Shown here: in pieces, positions 41,293 to 51,920 of the stretch | Position numbering within the stretch: the first letter of the stretch is position 1 | Layout: every line of letters starts with the position of its first letter | Assembly (NCBI GenBank): GCA_965203515.1 | Contig: OZ241907.1 | Span: 1,760,001-1,824,000 of the forward strand | DNA: 64,000 bases | From: Spirochaetia bacterium | GTDB taxonomy: Bacteria; Spirochaetota; Spirochaetia; SZUA-6; Bin103 | Reading direction: 5' to 3' | Program-made: the position numbers and the translations under genes | Notes under the pieces: model-generated | Databases searched by the model: none | What the model was told of the DNA's origin: nothing | The model's input: only the letters and a program-made list of their open reading frames with translations

Positions 41293-42999
41293 ATGAGTGA
41301 CGACATGCTGGCGCGGGACCTGACCCGGATCGACGGCCGGCCCTACCCCCGCTACAAGGAGCTGCGCGGCCGTCGCTATGCGCTGGGCGGCTGCGCGCTC
41401 CGCTTCGAGCACGTGCAGGGCGATCCGTTCGCGGCGCCGAGCCGCCTGCGCGTCGACCTCCCCGCCGCCGCCCTGGGACTGCCCGACTGGGCGCGGAGCG
41501 GCCGGGACGCGCGCCGCGCGACCGCCGATCTTCTGCAACGGGCGTTGCGTCCGGCGCTGTCCCGGTGCTCGGGCAGCGCGGGGAGCGGCAAGAGCGGGCT
41601 GCTGGAGATCAGCCCCGCCGGCCAGGAGGTACTGGAGCGGACCGGCGTCGTGGTCGACGCGGACGGCGGCGCGCGGGTCCGCCTGTGCGCCGGGTTGCCG
41701 GCGGCGGGGCGCCGGATCCTCGGCCGGGCCGCGGCGGACCTGCTGGTCCGCGGTCTGCCTGCCGCGATCCGGGAGGTGGCCGGCGGGCTCGACCTCAGCG
41801 CGCTGCGCTCCCACGTGCAGGTCGTTGAGGACCAGGTGGCGCTTCGCGCGGAACTCGGCGAGCGCGGGCTGATCGCGTTTCTGGCGGAAGGGAGCGTGCT
41901 GCCGCGCCGCAGCGGCGTCGATCCGCGCCCGCTGCAGGACGCGCTGCCGCTACGCGTTCCCGACGCCCTGGCGGTGGAGTTGCACGCGCCGCACGCCGGC
42001 ACGCTGCGCGGGCTGGGGGTCCGCGCCGGCGTCACGCTGATCGTGGGCGGCGGCTATCACGGCAAGTCGACGCTGCTGCAGGCGCTCGCCCTGGGCATCT
42101 ACGATCACGCGCCCGGCGACGGGCGCGAGCGGTGCGTATCGGCGGGAACGTTGGCGACCGTTCGCGCCGAGGACGGCCGGGCGGTGCGCGCCGTCTGCCT
42201 GACCCCGTTCATTCGCGACCTGCCGCTGGGGCGGGAGACGCGCCGCTTCGACAGCGACGACGCCTCGGGCAGCACCTCGCAGGCGGCGGCGATCGTCGAA
42301 GCGCTGGAGGCCGGGGCGACCGGCCTGCTGATCGACGAGGACACGGCCGCCACCAACTTCATGATCCGCGACGCGCGCATGCGCCTCCTGGTGCCGGGCG
42401 ACCGCGAACCGATCACGCCCTACATCGACCGCGTGCGCCAGCTCTGGGAAACCCGTTCCGTGTCGTCGGTGCTGGTGGTGGGCGGCGCCGGCGACTATCT
42501 GGACGTCGCCGATCGCGTCATTCGCATGGACGCCTACCAGCCGCGCGACGTCACGGATCGGGCGCGGGAGGTCGCGGCAGCCCGGCCGCTGGGCGAGGCG
42601 GAGCCGCGCGCCCCCGACGACTGGCCGCCGGCCGCGCCGCGGGTCCCCCTGCCGGACGGTCTGGATCCGCGCCGCGGCCGCCGGCCCGAGCGGGTACGGG
42701 CGGTCAGGACGCGGTCGATCGAGTACGGGCGCGAAGAGATCGACGTCAGCCTGCAATATCAGATCGTCGACCCGGCGCAGTGCCGGATGATCGGCGACGC
42801 GTTGCTGCGGATCGCGCGCGGGCTGTGCGACGGCCGCCGCGATCTGCCGGCGATCCTGGCCGCGCTTGACGCCGCCATCCGGGCGGACGGGCTCGAAGCG
42901 CTGGCCGAGCCGGGCTTCGGCGACCGGGCGTATGCCCGAACCCTGGAGATCGCGGCGGCGCTCAACCGCCTGCGCAGCCTGCGAGTGGCGCCGTCGTGA
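41293..42999 (+). CDS. ABC-class ATPase domain protein (PF09818-like)
   Basis: 'HVQGDPFAAPS', 'GGGYHGKSTLL', 'ASGSTSQAA', 'LIDEDTAATNFMIRD', 'AALNRLR'. Confidence 0.88.
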   Translation: MSDDMLARDLTRIDGRPYPRYKELRGRRYALGGCALRFEHVQGDPFAAPSRLRVDLPAAALGLPDWARSGRDARRATADLLQRALRPALSRCSGSAGSGKSGLLEISPAGQEVLERTGVVVDADGGARVRLCAGLPAAGRRILGRAAADLLVRGLPAAIREVAGGLDLSALRSHVQVVEDQVALRAELGERGLIAFLAEGSVLPRRSGVDPRPLQDALPLRVPDALAVELHAPHAGTLRGLGVRAGVTLIVGGGYHGKSTLLQALALGIYDHAPGDGRERCVSAGTLATVRAEDGRAVRAVCLTPFIRDLPLGRETRRFDSDDASGSTSQAAAIVEALEAGATGLLIDEDTAATNFMIRDARMRLLVPGDREPITPYIDRVRQLWETRSVSSVLVVGGAGDYLDVADRVIRMDAYQPRDVTDRAREVAAARPLGEAEPRAPDDWPPAAPRVPLPDGLDPRRGRRPERVRAVRTRSIEYGREEIDVSLQYQIVDPAQCRMIGDALLRIARGLCDGRRDLPAILAALDAAIRADGLEALAEPGFGDRAYARTLEIAAALNRLRSLRVAPS

Positions 43000-43067
43000 G
43001 CGCGGCGCGCGAGAGGCCGCCAACCGGTTCGGTGGTTGCGGCCGCCGTGCGCGGATAGACTGCCGCG

Positions 43068-43592
43068 GTGCAGGAAGTTCCGCGCCCGCGCGCACCGGCG
43101 GCGCGCAACGAGCGCATCGCCGGCCGTATCCTGTCGCCGGTGGTCGCCCTGGCCGCCACCTACTTCTTCGTGCTGCTGTTCGACATGGTGAGCCCGGTGG
43201 TGTTCGCAGCGGTCGAGTCGTCCGGCGCCGGGGCGTCCCGCGCGGGCACCCGGCGGTCGGCGGCCGGGTCGCTGATCATGATCGTGCTGGCCGGCGGCTG
43301 GGCCTACGCGGTCTGGGTCTCCTTCCGTTACGTCTGGTCGCACCGGTTCGGCACGGTCTGGTCCCGCGCGGCCATGGCGCTCGGCGTGGTGCTGGGCGGC
43401 GGCAGCGTCGTGCAGGCGGTCTTTGCCGTGCTGGTCGCCCTGCAGGTCGAGCCGGGCAACCTGACGACGGCCGCGGTCACGGTTCCCGTGCTGATGGCGG
43501 CGGCGGCCGCGGCGCTGCTGCTCGGCCGCTCCCTGCGCCGGCGCTCCGGGCGGTCGAGCGCCGGGCAGTCGAACGAATCGCGCGACGTCTGA
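43068..43592 (+). CDS. Hypothetical membrane protein (about 4 TM segments)
   Basis: Four hydrophobic stretches; TAGACT 6 nt before the GTG. Confidence 0.55.
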   Translation: MQEVPRPRAPAARNERIAGRILSPVVALAATYFFVLLFDMVSPVVFAAVESSGAGASRAGTRRSAAGSLIMIVLAGGWAYAVWVSFRYVWSHRFGTVWSRAAMALGVVLGGGSVVQAVFAVLVALQVEPGNLTTAAVTVPVLMAAAAAALLLGRSLRRRSGRSSAGQSNESRDV

Positions 43593-43623
43593 CGCGCTCC
43601 GCGCCGTGCATCGGCCCCGCGGA

Positions 43624-43652
43624 TTGACGGTCGCCTCGGATTCTCCTACGAT
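43624..43652 (+). promoter_or_regulatory. Sigma70-like promoter
   Basis: TTGACG-N17-TACGAT, 9 nt before ATG 43662. Confidence 0.6.
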
Positions 43653-43661
43653 CGAGGCTCG

Positions 43662-44213
43662 ATGGGCGCTTTCACCGGGTCACCCGTCAAGCTGACCTAC
43701 GACGATTACCTGCTGCTCCCGGACGACAACAACATCCACGAGATCATCGATGGAGATCACTTCATGTCGCCATCGCCAAGCACCAATCACCAGACGGTCT
43801 CCCGGCGGCTGCAGTTCCTGCTCTACGAAGCGATCGAGCTGACCGGCGCCGGCGTCGTGTTCAACGCCCCCACTGACGTGCAGCTCTCCGATCACGACAT
43901 CGTGGTGCCGGACATCTTCGTGATCCGGGCGTCGCGCATGCGGATGATCTCTCCGTCCCGCGTCCTGGGGCCGCCGGACCTGGTGATCGAGATCGTCTCG
44001 CCGTCCAGCCGCCGGAAAGACCGCGAGATCAAGCGGCGTCTCTACGAGCAATTCTCGGTGCCGGAGTACTGGGTGGTGAATCCGGAACACCACGCCATCG
44101 AACGCTTCCTGCTCTCCGGAGAACGGTACGGGCAATCCGACACGTGCACGGATTCGATCCGCTATCAGGCGGGGCCGATCGACGTGATCGTCGACCTGCG
44201 GCGCGTCTGGTAG
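43662..44213 (+). CDS. Uma2-family endonuclease
   Basis: 'LTYDDY..LPDD', 'EIIDG', 'PDLVIEIVSPS', 'VPEYWVV'. Confidence 0.92.
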   Translation: MGAFTGSPVKLTYDDYLLLPDDNNIHEIIDGDHFMSPSPSTNHQTVSRRLQFLLYEAIELTGAGVVFNAPTDVQLSDHDIVVPDIFVIRASRMRMISPSRVLGPPDLVIEIVSPSSRRKDREIKRRLYEQFSVPEYWVVNPEHHAIERFLLSGERYGQSDTCTDSIRYQAGPIDVIVDLRRVW

Positions 44214-44233
44214 CCGCCGGCCTGCGGACGACC

Positions 44234-46414
44234 GTGGCTGAGACCCTCCTCGAAATCGACGACCTGCGCACCTGGTTCCGAACCAAGGCGGGAGTGGTGC
44301 GCGCCGTGGACGGGGTCTCCCTGTCGATCGACAAGGGCAAGACGGTCGGCCTGGTGGGAGAGAGCGGCTGCGGCAAGAGCGTGCTGGCGCAGTCGATCCT
44401 GCAGATTCAGACGTGGCCGGGCGAGATCGAAGGCGGGCGGGTCATCCTGCACGGCGACGACGGCGCCGAGCCTGAAGTGCTCACCGACTACCTGCCCAAG
44501 GCGGAGCGGCTGCGGCAGATCCGCGGCAACCGGATCGCCTACATCCACCAGGAGCCGATGGCGGCGCTGAGCCTGCTGCACACGGTCGGCAACCAGTTGC
44601 GCGAGGCGGTGCTGGTCCATCACCCGGAGATGTCCAAGGAGCAGGCGAACGAGATCGCCGTCAAGATGCTGGGCGACGTCGGCATCCCGCGCGCCGAAAC
44701 CCGGCTCGACTCCTACATCTTCAACTTCTCCGGCGGCATGCGGCAGCGCGTGATGATCGCCATGGCGCTCATCAACCATCCGCGCCTGCTGATCGCCGAC
44801 GAGCCGACCACCGCCATCGACGTGACCATCCAGGCGCAGGTGCTGGAGCTGATGCGCGACATCCAGCAGCGCTTCGACATGTCGGTGCTGTTCATCACCC
44901 ACGACCTGGCGGTCATCGCCGAGATCGCCGAAGAGGTGGTGGTCATGTACCTGGGCCGGGTGGTCGAGCGCACCTCCGTCACCCGCCTGTTCGAGAACCC
45001 CAAGCACCCCTACACGCAGGCGCTCATCGGCTCGCTGCCGAGCGGCGAGCACGAGCGCGGCGCGCTGGCCAGCATCCGCGGCACCGTCCCCGATCCGTAC
45101 TCGCGGCCCACCGGCTGCGCCTTCCGCAACCGCTGCGATCACTTCATCGAAGGGGTGTGCGACCGCAACGTCCCGGCCCTGGTGGAACTGGAGACCGACC
45201 ACGTCGTCCGCTGCTTCCTGCACTCGGAAGAGATCGAGCTGGGAGCGGAACCGGACAGCGGCGTAGCCGACGAGGCGGCTGCCGCCGGCGGGTCGATCGG
45301 CCGCCACCGGCGCGCCGCCGCGCAACCCGCCGGGGCCGCGGCGGCCGGCGACGGCGAGGACGCCCGGCGGGCAACCGCAGCGAGCACCGACGGCCCCGGC
45401 GGCGCGTCGGTGCTCGCCATCGACGACCTGCGGACCTGGTTCCCGATACGCAAGGGGTTCTTCCGCCGGCACACCGGCTGGATCAAGGCGGTCGACGGTA
45501 TCAGCCTGGAGATCCGCGAGCGTGAGACGGTCAGCCTGGTCGGCGAAAGCGGCTGCGGCAAGTCGACCACGGCGCGCAGCATCGTGCGGGCGGTAGAGCC
45601 GACCGGCGGCAGCGTCCGCTTCCACGCGCGCGACGGCGCCGTCCTCGACGTCACCGACGTCGACCGGGACCAGATCAACCTGCTGCGCCAGCAGGTACGG
45701 ATGCTCTTTCAGGACCCGTTCCAGTCGCTCAATCCGCGCTTCACGGTCGTCGACATCGTCGGCGAGCCGCTGCGCAACTTCGGCGTCGCCGACGGCGAGG
45801 CGCTCCGCGAGCGGGTGGGGGAGCTGCTGGAGGACGTGGGTCTGGACGCCCGGCACATGGGGCGCTATCCGCACGCCTTTTCGGGCGGCCAGCGCCAGCG
45901 CATCGGTCTGGCGCGCGCGCTGGCCATGAACCCGCGCCTGCTGCTGGCCGACGAGCCGACCTCGGCGCTCGACGTCTCGGTCAAGGCGCAGATACTCAAT
46001 CTCATGCAGAAGCTGCAGGACGAGCACGGGCTCTCCTACCTGTTCATCACCCACGAGCTCGGCATCGTCCGGCACTTCAGCGACCGTTGCGGGGTGATGT
46101 ACCTGGGCCGCATCGTGGAGATGGGTACGACCGAGGCGATCTTCCGCGAACCGCTGCACCCGTATACGGAGGCGCTGCTGTCGGCCGCACCGGTGCCAAA
46201 CCCGCGCGCCAAGATGGACCGCATCATCCTGCAGGGCGACGTGCCCGACCCGGCCGACGCGCCGGCCGGCTGCCCGTTCCACACCCGCTGCCCCTACGCG
46301 GAGGAGCGGTGCAAGACCGAGGCGCCGGCGTTGCAACCGATCGAGGACGGCAGCGATCACACCGTCGCCTGCCTGCGCGCCGAGGAGCTGGAGCTGCGCG
46401 GCGTGCGCTGGTAG
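44234..46414 (+). CDS. Fused double-domain oligopeptide-type ABC ATP-binding protein
   Basis: Two GESGCGKS / FSGG / DEPT sets, each with a Cys-rich C-terminal extension. Confidence 0.93.
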   Translation: MAETLLEIDDLRTWFRTKAGVVRAVDGVSLSIDKGKTVGLVGESGCGKSVLAQSILQIQTWPGEIEGGRVILHGDDGAEPEVLTDYLPKAERLRQIRGNRIAYIHQEPMAALSLLHTVGNQLREAVLVHHPEMSKEQANEIAVKMLGDVGIPRAETRLDSYIFNFSGGMRQRVMIAMALINHPRLLIADEPTTAIDVTIQAQVLELMRDIQQRFDMSVLFITHDLAVIAEIAEEVVVMYLGRVVERTSVTRLFENPKHPYTQALIGSLPSGEHERGALASIRGTVPDPYSRPTGCAFRNRCDHFIEGVCDRNVPALVELETDHVVRCFLHSEEIELGAEPDSGVADEAAAAGGSIGRHRRAAAQPAGAAAAGDGEDARRATAASTDGPGGASVLAIDDLRTWFPIRKGFFRRHTGWIKAVDGISLEIRERETVSLVGESGCGKSTTARSIVRAVEPTGGSVRFHARDGAVLDVTDVDRDQINLLRQQVRMLFQDPFQSLNPRFTVVDIVGEPLRNFGVADGEALRERVGELLEDVGLDARHMGRYPHAFSGGQRQRIGLARALAMNPRLLLADEPTSALDVSVKAQILNLMQKLQDEHGLSYLFITHELGIVRHFSDRCGVMYLGRIVEMGTTEAIFREPLHPYTEALLSAAPVPNPRAKMDRIILQGDVPDPADAPAGCPFHTRCPYAEERCKTEAPALQPIEDGSDHTVACLRAEELELRGVRW

Positions 46415-46439
46415 CGCCGCTCCGCGCCGATCCGGACCC

Positions 46440-47609
46440 ATGGCTGCCGACCGCGTCCCTGCCGGCGCCGACCCGCTCGACCCCGAGTTCGGGGTGAGCC
46501 TGACGCCGGCCGAGTTCGAGGAGCGCTTCCTGACCCTGCACCGGCAGCTCTTCGCGTCCGATACGCAGGGATTCGACGAGGTCACCGTGCACGCCTACGC
46601 GCCGCCGGCCGGCAGCTATCAGGTCGACCACTGCTTCTTTCACGACGGCAGCAACCTGCATCTGTACTACGTGACCGGCGACATGCGGAACACCGAGGCG
46701 TGGATCGCCGCGTACCGCGCGGGCGATTACGAGCGGGCCAACCGGGTCTGTCTGGAACCGGGGTGCGGCCACGCGGTGGGGCCGGACCTGTTCAGCCTGC
46801 GCTACCGCGACACCCTGCTGTTCGAGCCGGAGGGCCGCTTCGACCTTGCCAGCCGCTCCAACGCGCAGGTGTTTTCCTTCGACCGGGACGGCCCGCGGCG
46901 GTACGGCCTGCTGTACGGGGTGCGCGGCGGCGGCGCGGACGGCACGCCGTTCGTGGGCTTCAACCTCACCTGGTCGCCGGACCTGGAGACGTGGACCGCG
47001 GGCGGCGGCAACCCGGTATGGGGTCCGCCGCCGTGGTGCAAGCCCGGTTCGACCTGCAAGGACGCGCACGTGACGCGCTTCGACGGCCGCTACCTGCTCT
47101 ACTACATCGCCATGGATCGGCAGGGATACGCCTGCGTCGCGCTGGCCAGCACGCGCGACTGGCAGACGATCGCCGATCACGGCGTGGTGCTGGCCCTGCC
47201 GCCGTCGCTGCGCGGCACCATGGGGATCGAGTCGCCCTTCGTGCTGCATCGGGACGGCCTGTGGCACCTGTTCTACACCTACGGCGAGGGGCTCCATCAC
47301 GCGGTCAGCCCGTCGCCCACCGGGTTCGTCGCCGCGCGCGGCAACACCTGGGACGTCGGCACCGGCGCCTATCTGATGGGGCCGTACCACGCGACGGAGA
47401 TCGTCGAGCAGGACGGCCGCACCTATCTGACCACCGACCGCAAGGAGCACACGCGCAAGCTGAACCGCGCCGCCGGCGTGCTGCGCTACCGCGGCTCCTA
47501 CGCCGACGAAAAGACCCTGGAGGAGGGCATCTACGTCGCCGAGATCGAGTGGCGCGGCGACCAGCCGGTACTGCGCAAGCCGCATCGGCCGCGAGCATCC
47601 GCGCCATGA
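46440..47609 (+). CDS. Five-bladed beta-propeller glycoside hydrolase-like protein (GH32/43 clan)
   Basis: 'CKDAHV', 'ESPFV', 'WHLFY', blade-like repeats. Confidence 0.6.
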   Translation: MAADRVPAGADPLDPEFGVSLTPAEFEERFLTLHRQLFASDTQGFDEVTVHAYAPPAGSYQVDHCFFHDGSNLHLYYVTGDMRNTEAWIAAYRAGDYERANRVCLEPGCGHAVGPDLFSLRYRDTLLFEPEGRFDLASRSNAQVFSFDRDGPRRYGLLYGVRGGGADGTPFVGFNLTWSPDLETWTAGGGNPVWGPPPWCKPGSTCKDAHVTRFDGRYLLYYIAMDRQGYACVALASTRDWQTIADHGVVLALPPSLRGTMGIESPFVLHRDGLWHLFYTYGEGLHHAVSPSPTGFVAARGNTWDVGTGAYLMGPYHATEIVEQDGRTYLTTDRKEHTRKLNRAAGVLRYRGSYADEKTLEEGIYVAEIEWRGDQPVLRKPHRPRASAP

Positions 47610-49006
47610 GCGCGACGTTCGGCCGTGCGCGCCCCAACGTCGTCGTCTTCTTCACCGATCAGCAGCGCTGGGATACCGCCGGCATTCATGGCAACCCCAG
47701 CGGCCTGACGCCCAACTTCGACCGGTTCGCCGCGCGCGGCACCCATCTGGCCCATACCTTCACCTGTCAGCCGGTCTGCGGGCCGGCCCGCGCGTGTCTG
47801 CAGACCGGCCGGTACGCCACCGAGACCGGCGTGTTCCGCAACGCGATCGCCCTCGACCCGGCGCTGCCCACGTTGTCGGATCACTTCCACGCCGCCGGCT
47901 ACGCGACCGCCTGCATCGGCAAGTGGCATCTGGCGCCGCGCGGCCGGATCGGCCCGGTGGCGCCGGAGCACCGCGGCCGCTACGACTACTGGTTGGCCTC
48001 CAACGTCCTGGAGTACACCTCGGACGCCTACCGGACGACCCTGTACGACGGCGACGAGCGGCCCGTGGAGTTGCCGGGCTATCGGGTCGACGCCCTGGCC
48101 GACGCCGCGATCCGCTACCTGGACGGCCGCGACGGCGGGCCGCGCGACCGGCCGTTCCTGCTGTTCCTCTCCTTCATCGAACCGCACCACCAGAACCACC
48201 GTGACGACTATCCCGCTCCCGACGGGTACGAGGAGCGGTACACCGGCGCCTGGGCGCCGCCCGACCTGGCCGCGCTGGGCGGATCGACGCAGCAGCACCT
48301 GCCGGGCTACTACGGCATGGTCAAGCGGCTCGACGAGGCGTTCGGCCGCGTGCTGGACGCGCTGCGCAGCCTGGGGCTGGCCGACGATACCGTGGTGCTG
48401 TACGCCTCCGACCACGGCAACCACTTCAAGACGCGCAACGACGAGTACAAGCGCTCCTGTCACGAGTCGGCGATCCGCATTCCGGCCGCGTTGGGCGGCC
48501 CCGGCTTCGACGGCGGCGGCCGCGTGGAGGAGCTGGTGAGCCTGATCGACCTGCCGCCGACCCTGCTGGACGCGGCCGGGATCGAGGCGCCGGCGATGCG
48601 GGGCCGTTCCGTGCTGCCGCTGACCGGCGGGCGCTCGGCCGCAGCCGAGTGGCCGGATCAGGTCTTCGTGCAGATCTCCGAGTCGCAGGTGGGGCGCGCG
48701 TTGCGCACGAAGCGCTGGAAGTACTCGGTCAGCGCGCCGGGGCTGAGCGGCGGCGAGGCGCCGGCCGCCGACCGCTACGTCGAGGAGTTCCTCTACGATC
48801 TGCGCGCCGACCGCTACGAGCTCTGCAATCTGGCCGGCAACCCCGGTCACGCCGAGGTGGCCGCCCTGCTGCGGCAGCGGCTGCTGGGTTGCATCCGCGA
48901 CGTGGAGGGGGCGGCGCCGGTCATCGAACCGGCCGCCGTGCGGCGGCGCTCGCAACAGATCGCCCCGGAGCCGGCCGACTTGGCGGAGCTGCGCCCGCCG
49001 GACTGA
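47606..49006 (+). CDS. Sulfatase
   Basis: 'PNVVVFFTDQQR', CGPAR, 'IGKWHL', 'SDHG'. Confidence 0.93.
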   Translation: MSATFGRARPNVVVFFTDQQRWDTAGIHGNPSGLTPNFDRFAARGTHLAHTFTCQPVCGPARACLQTGRYATETGVFRNAIALDPALPTLSDHFHAAGYATACIGKWHLAPRGRIGPVAPEHRGRYDYWLASNVLEYTSDAYRTTLYDGDERPVELPGYRVDALADAAIRYLDGRDGGPRDRPFLLFLSFIEPHHQNHRDDYPAPDGYEERYTGAWAPPDLAALGGSTQQHLPGYYGMVKRLDEAFGRVLDALRSLGLADDTVVLYASDHGNHFKTRNDEYKRSCHESAIRIPAALGGPGFDGGGRVEELVSLIDLPPTLLDAAGIEAPAMRGRSVLPLTGGRSAAAEWPDQVFVQISESQVGRALRTKRWKYSVSAPGLSGGEAPAADRYVEEFLYDLRADRYELCNLAGNPGHAEVAALLRQRLLGCIRDVEGAAPVIEPAAVRRRSQQIAPEPADLAELRPPD

Positions 49007-49080
49007 AACGCGCCCGGCGCCGGCTGCGGGCGGTCGCTGTCCTTGTTTCTTGTTTCAGCAACTGATCTGCCGAAAAATGA

Positions 49081-49110
49081 CATTTTCCAGCAATTGAGTT
49101 GCGGAAAATG
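49081..49110. promoter_or_regulatory. AT-rich dyad upstream of the AAA_14/DUF4143 gene
   Basis: CATTTTCC(A)GCAA-ttgag-TTGCGGAAAATG; weaker copy at about 49052-49077. Confidence 0.55.
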
Positions 49111-49133
49111 ATGATTCGGGATAGGGTGACCAG

Positions 49134-50288
49134 GTGCCTCTGGCCCGCCGCCTCGATCTGCGCCGTGACCTGCGCACGCGCTCCGTGTTCCTGTTCGGAC
49201 CGCGGCAGACCGGCAAGTCGACCTGGCTGCGCCAGACGTTCCCCGATTCCCGGCGGTTCGACCTGCTGCGCGGCGAGGTGTTTCTGCGCCTCTCGCGCGA
49301 GCCGGGCCGGCTGCGGGGCGAGTTGGCGACCGTCGATCCCTCCTCCGGGCCGGTCATCATCGATGAAATCCAGAAGCTCCCGAGCCTGCTCGACGACGTG
49401 CACGACCTGATCGAAAGCCGCGGGTTCCGGTTCGTGCTGGCCGCCAGCAGCCCGGCCAAGCTCCGCCGCGCGGGCGTCAATCTGCTCGGCGGCCGGGCGC
49501 GCGTCCGCCACCTGTTCCCGTTCGTGTCCGCCGAAGTCCCGGACTGGGATCCGCTCCGGGCGGTCGACGTCGGCGGCATCCCCTCGATCTACTACTCGGA
49601 CGATCCGCTCGAGGACCTGCGTGCCTATTGCGGGACCTATCTGCGGCTGGAGGTGCAGGCCGAAGGGCTGGTGCGCGGCGTGGAGCCGTTTTCACGGTTC
49701 CTTACCGCCGCCGCCCTCTGCTGCGGGGAGCAGGTGGTATTCGATCGGCTGGCCGCGGACGCCGCGGTTCCGCCGCGCACCGTGCGCGAGTACTTCCAGG
49801 TGCTGGAAGACACGCTCACCGGCTTCCTGTTGCAGCCGTTCCGGGTCCGCCGGCCGCGGCGCAAGCCGGTAGCACGCGCCAAGTTCTACCTGTTCGACCC
49901 CGGCGTCGCCAACGCGCTGGCCGGCGTGACCCACGTCCGGCCCGGCAGCCCGGCGTTCGGGCGCGCGCTGGAGCAGCTGATCTTCTGCGAGCTGCGCGCC
50001 TGGCAGGCGTATCACCGCGACCACCGCGGCCTGACCTACTGGCGGACCTCGGACGGATCGGAGGTCGACTTCGTGGTCGGCGACGCGGCGGCGATCGAGG
50101 TCAAGGCGACCGGCGCCGTGACCGGCCGCGACCTGACCGGCCTGCGGCGCATCGCCGAGGAAGCGCCGTGGCAGCGGCGCATCGTGGTCTGCACGGAATC
50201 GGCCGCGCGCGTGGTCGCCGGCATCGAGATCGTGCCGGTGCGCGAGTTCCTGCACCGGCTCTGGAACGGCGATGTCATCGACCCTTGA
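49134..50288 (+). CDS. AAA_14 ATPase with C-terminal DUF4143 nuclease-like domain
   Basis: 'GPRQTGKST', 'IIDEIQK', 'KFYLFDPG', 'EVDFVV...IEVK'. Confidence 0.9.
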   Translation: MPLARRLDLRRDLRTRSVFLFGPRQTGKSTWLRQTFPDSRRFDLLRGEVFLRLSREPGRLRGELATVDPSSGPVIIDEIQKLPSLLDDVHDLIESRGFRFVLAASSPAKLRRAGVNLLGGRARVRHLFPFVSAEVPDWDPLRAVDVGGIPSIYYSDDPLEDLRAYCGTYLRLEVQAEGLVRGVEPFSRFLTAAALCCGEQVVFDRLAADAAVPPRTVREYFQVLEDTLTGFLLQPFRVRRPRRKPVARAKFYLFDPGVANALAGVTHVRPGSPAFGRALEQLIFCELRAWQAYHRDHRGLTYWRTSDGSEVDFVVGDAAAIEVKATGAVTGRDLTGLRRIAEEAPWQRRIVVCTESAARVVAGIEIVPVREFLHRLWNGDVIDP

Positions 50289-50299
50289 ACCGCGGCCGA

Positions 50300-50710
50300 T
50301 CAGCCTGCGAACGGATTGGCTATCTCAAGGCCGTCGATCCTCCATCCGGAGTGCATGTCTTCCGAGTAGAGTACCGAACATCGTGACACCTGCGCGGCGC
50401 GCACAATCAATGCGTCCCAGAACGACACCGAGTGCAGGCGCACCAGATCGATGGCCGCCAGGATGTCTTCGGTCTGCGGAATCACGACATCCATCTTTGC
50501 GAACAGCTCCACTTTGCGCCTCGCCACTGCGGCGGCCACACCGAGCTTGCGAGTCGCGGTCACGAAATACTCTTGCAGGACCTGCATCGAGATCACGCCG
50601 CTGCCGCTGCTCCGGCAGGTCTGGTACAGAGCCAACGCCTTCGCCTGCTTCGCTCTGTCGCCGGCATCGTCGGTGTAGGCCAGCACGTTGCTGTCCAGGA
50701 AGCTACGCAC
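50300..50710 (-). CDS. PIN-domain toxin
   Basis: 'FLDSNVLAY', 'QVLQEY', 'SFWDALIV', 'LYSED'. Confidence 0.9.
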   Translation of the reverse strand: MRSFLDSNVLAYTDDAGDRAKQAKALALYQTCRSSGSGVISMQVLQEYFVTATRKLGVAAAVARRKVELFAKMDVVIPQTEDILAAIDLVRLHSVSFWDALIVRAAQVSRCSVLYSEDMHSGWRIDGLEIANPFAG

Positions 50711-50930
50711 GCCGATGCAGCTCGTCGCGGTCGAAGCGCCAGCCGGCGCGGTCGCCGCACGCCAGCTCGGAGAGGCGGCGGACTTCGGCGATCTCGTCGT
50801 CGGCGGAGCTTCGGCCCGCGAGGACCGTCAAGTAATCCCGCACTGCCTGATTGAGACTCAGCCCGAGTGCTGCGGCCGACTTTCGAGCCTCGGCCACCAC
50901 CTTGTCGTCCAGTGACAGCGTAAGGTTCAT
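50703..50930 (-). CDS. DUF6364-like antitoxin
   Basis: 'MNLTLSLDDKVVAEARK...SLNQAVRDYL...RDELHRR'. Confidence 0.85.
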   Translation of the reverse strand: MNLTLSLDDKVVAEARKSAAALGLSLNQAVRDYLTVLAGRSSADDEIAEVRRLSELACGDRAGWRFDRDELHRRA

Positions 50931-50950
50931 GCGCACAGTATATGTGCGCA
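50930..50950 (-). promoter_or_regulatory. Operator palindrome overlapping the -10 box of the TA operon
   Basis: TGCGCACA-gtata-TGTGCGCA; TATACT on the minus strand 6 nt before the ATG. Confidence 0.7.
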
Positions 50951-50986
50951 CGTATCCCGTGCCCACCCCTCGTCCACGAAAGCTCA

Positions 50987-51042
50987 AGGCCATAGCGGCG
51001 GCGAGGCCATGGCGGCGGCGAGGCCATGGCGGCGGCGAGGCC
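50987..51042. repeat. 17-bp tandem repeat (AGGCCATGGCGGCGGCG, about 3.3 copies)
   Basis: Direct reading. Confidence 0.85.
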
Positions 51043-51053
51043 CGCCGAGCCGG

Positions 51054-51911
51054 TTACGCGGTTACGCCGTAGAACGCTTCCGCGTTGGTGCGGAACAGCT
51101 TGACCTCCGTCTCCGGGGTCAGGGGGCCGAGCAGCTCGCGGTGGGTGGCGAGCATGCCGGCATAATCGGTGGTGAGCAGCGCCACCGGCCAGTCGCTGCC
51201 CCAGATCAACCGATCCGGCCCCAGCTCGTCCAGGTAGAAGGCGGTGTACGGGCGCATCGCGTCGATCGGCCAGCCCCGCTTTGGACGGTCCAGGTACTCC
51301 GCAACGCGCGTCACCTGCGGCGACAGCGACAGCTTGCAGAACGCGCCGGTGTCGCGGGCGATGCGCCGCATGGCCCGTTCCCACGCCGGCTCCGGCGCGC
51401 CGTCGAAGTCGGGCTTGCCGTAGTGCTCGATGATGCACTTGAGATCCGGCACTCGCTCGATCGAGGCGGCGATGCCGTCCAGATGGCGCACCAGCGGCAG
51501 GAAGTCGTGGATCAGGCCGCGCCGCGCCAGCTCCCTGAGCCCGTCGATCACCGCCGGTCTGGCGGCGATATCCGGGTCGGGGTGCGCCTCGAAGTTCATG
51601 CGCACGCCGCGAAACTTGGGCAGCTTCTGCCACTCGTCGAGCTTGCGTCCCAGTCCCGGGTCATCCAGGTCGGCGCGCAGTATCAGTCCGCCGACGAAGT
51701 CGTACTCGGCGGCGCAGTCGATGATCGACTGGTTTTCGGCGTCGGTAGCGCCGGCCTCGACGATCACGCAGCGGGTCACGCCGACCGGCCGCGAGGCCGC
51801 CTGATGCTCGACCGGCGTGTAGTCCCGGTAGAGGATGTCCCAGCTCGGGTCGAGCCAGCTATTGGTCTCCCGCCACCAGAAGTGGCAGTGCGTATCGACT
51901 ATGCGGTCCAT
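51054..51911 (-). CDS. Amidohydrolase_2 family (sugar lactonase-like)
   Basis: 'VDTHCHFW', 'IEHYGKP', 'WGSDWPV'. Confidence 0.9.
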   Translation of the reverse strand: MDRIVDTHCHFWWRETNSWLDPSWDILYRDYTPVEHQAASRPVGVTRCVIVEAGATDAENQSIIDCAAEYDFVGGLILRADLDDPGLGRKLDEWQKLPKFRGVRMNFEAHPDPDIAARPAVIDGLRELARRGLIHDFLPLVRHLDGIAASIERVPDLKCIIEHYGKPDFDGAPEPAWERAMRRIARDTGAFCKLSLSPQVTRVAEYLDRPKRGWPIDAMRPYTAFYLDELGPDRLIWGSDWPVALLTTDYAGMLATHRELLGPLTPETEVKLFRTNAEAFYGVTA

Positions 51912-51920
51912 GGCGGCAGG

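Noticed and set aside
50987..51042. 17-bp tandem repeat as a regulatory or mobile-element signal
   Set aside because: Real repeat but only about three copies, most simply slippage; no function supportable.
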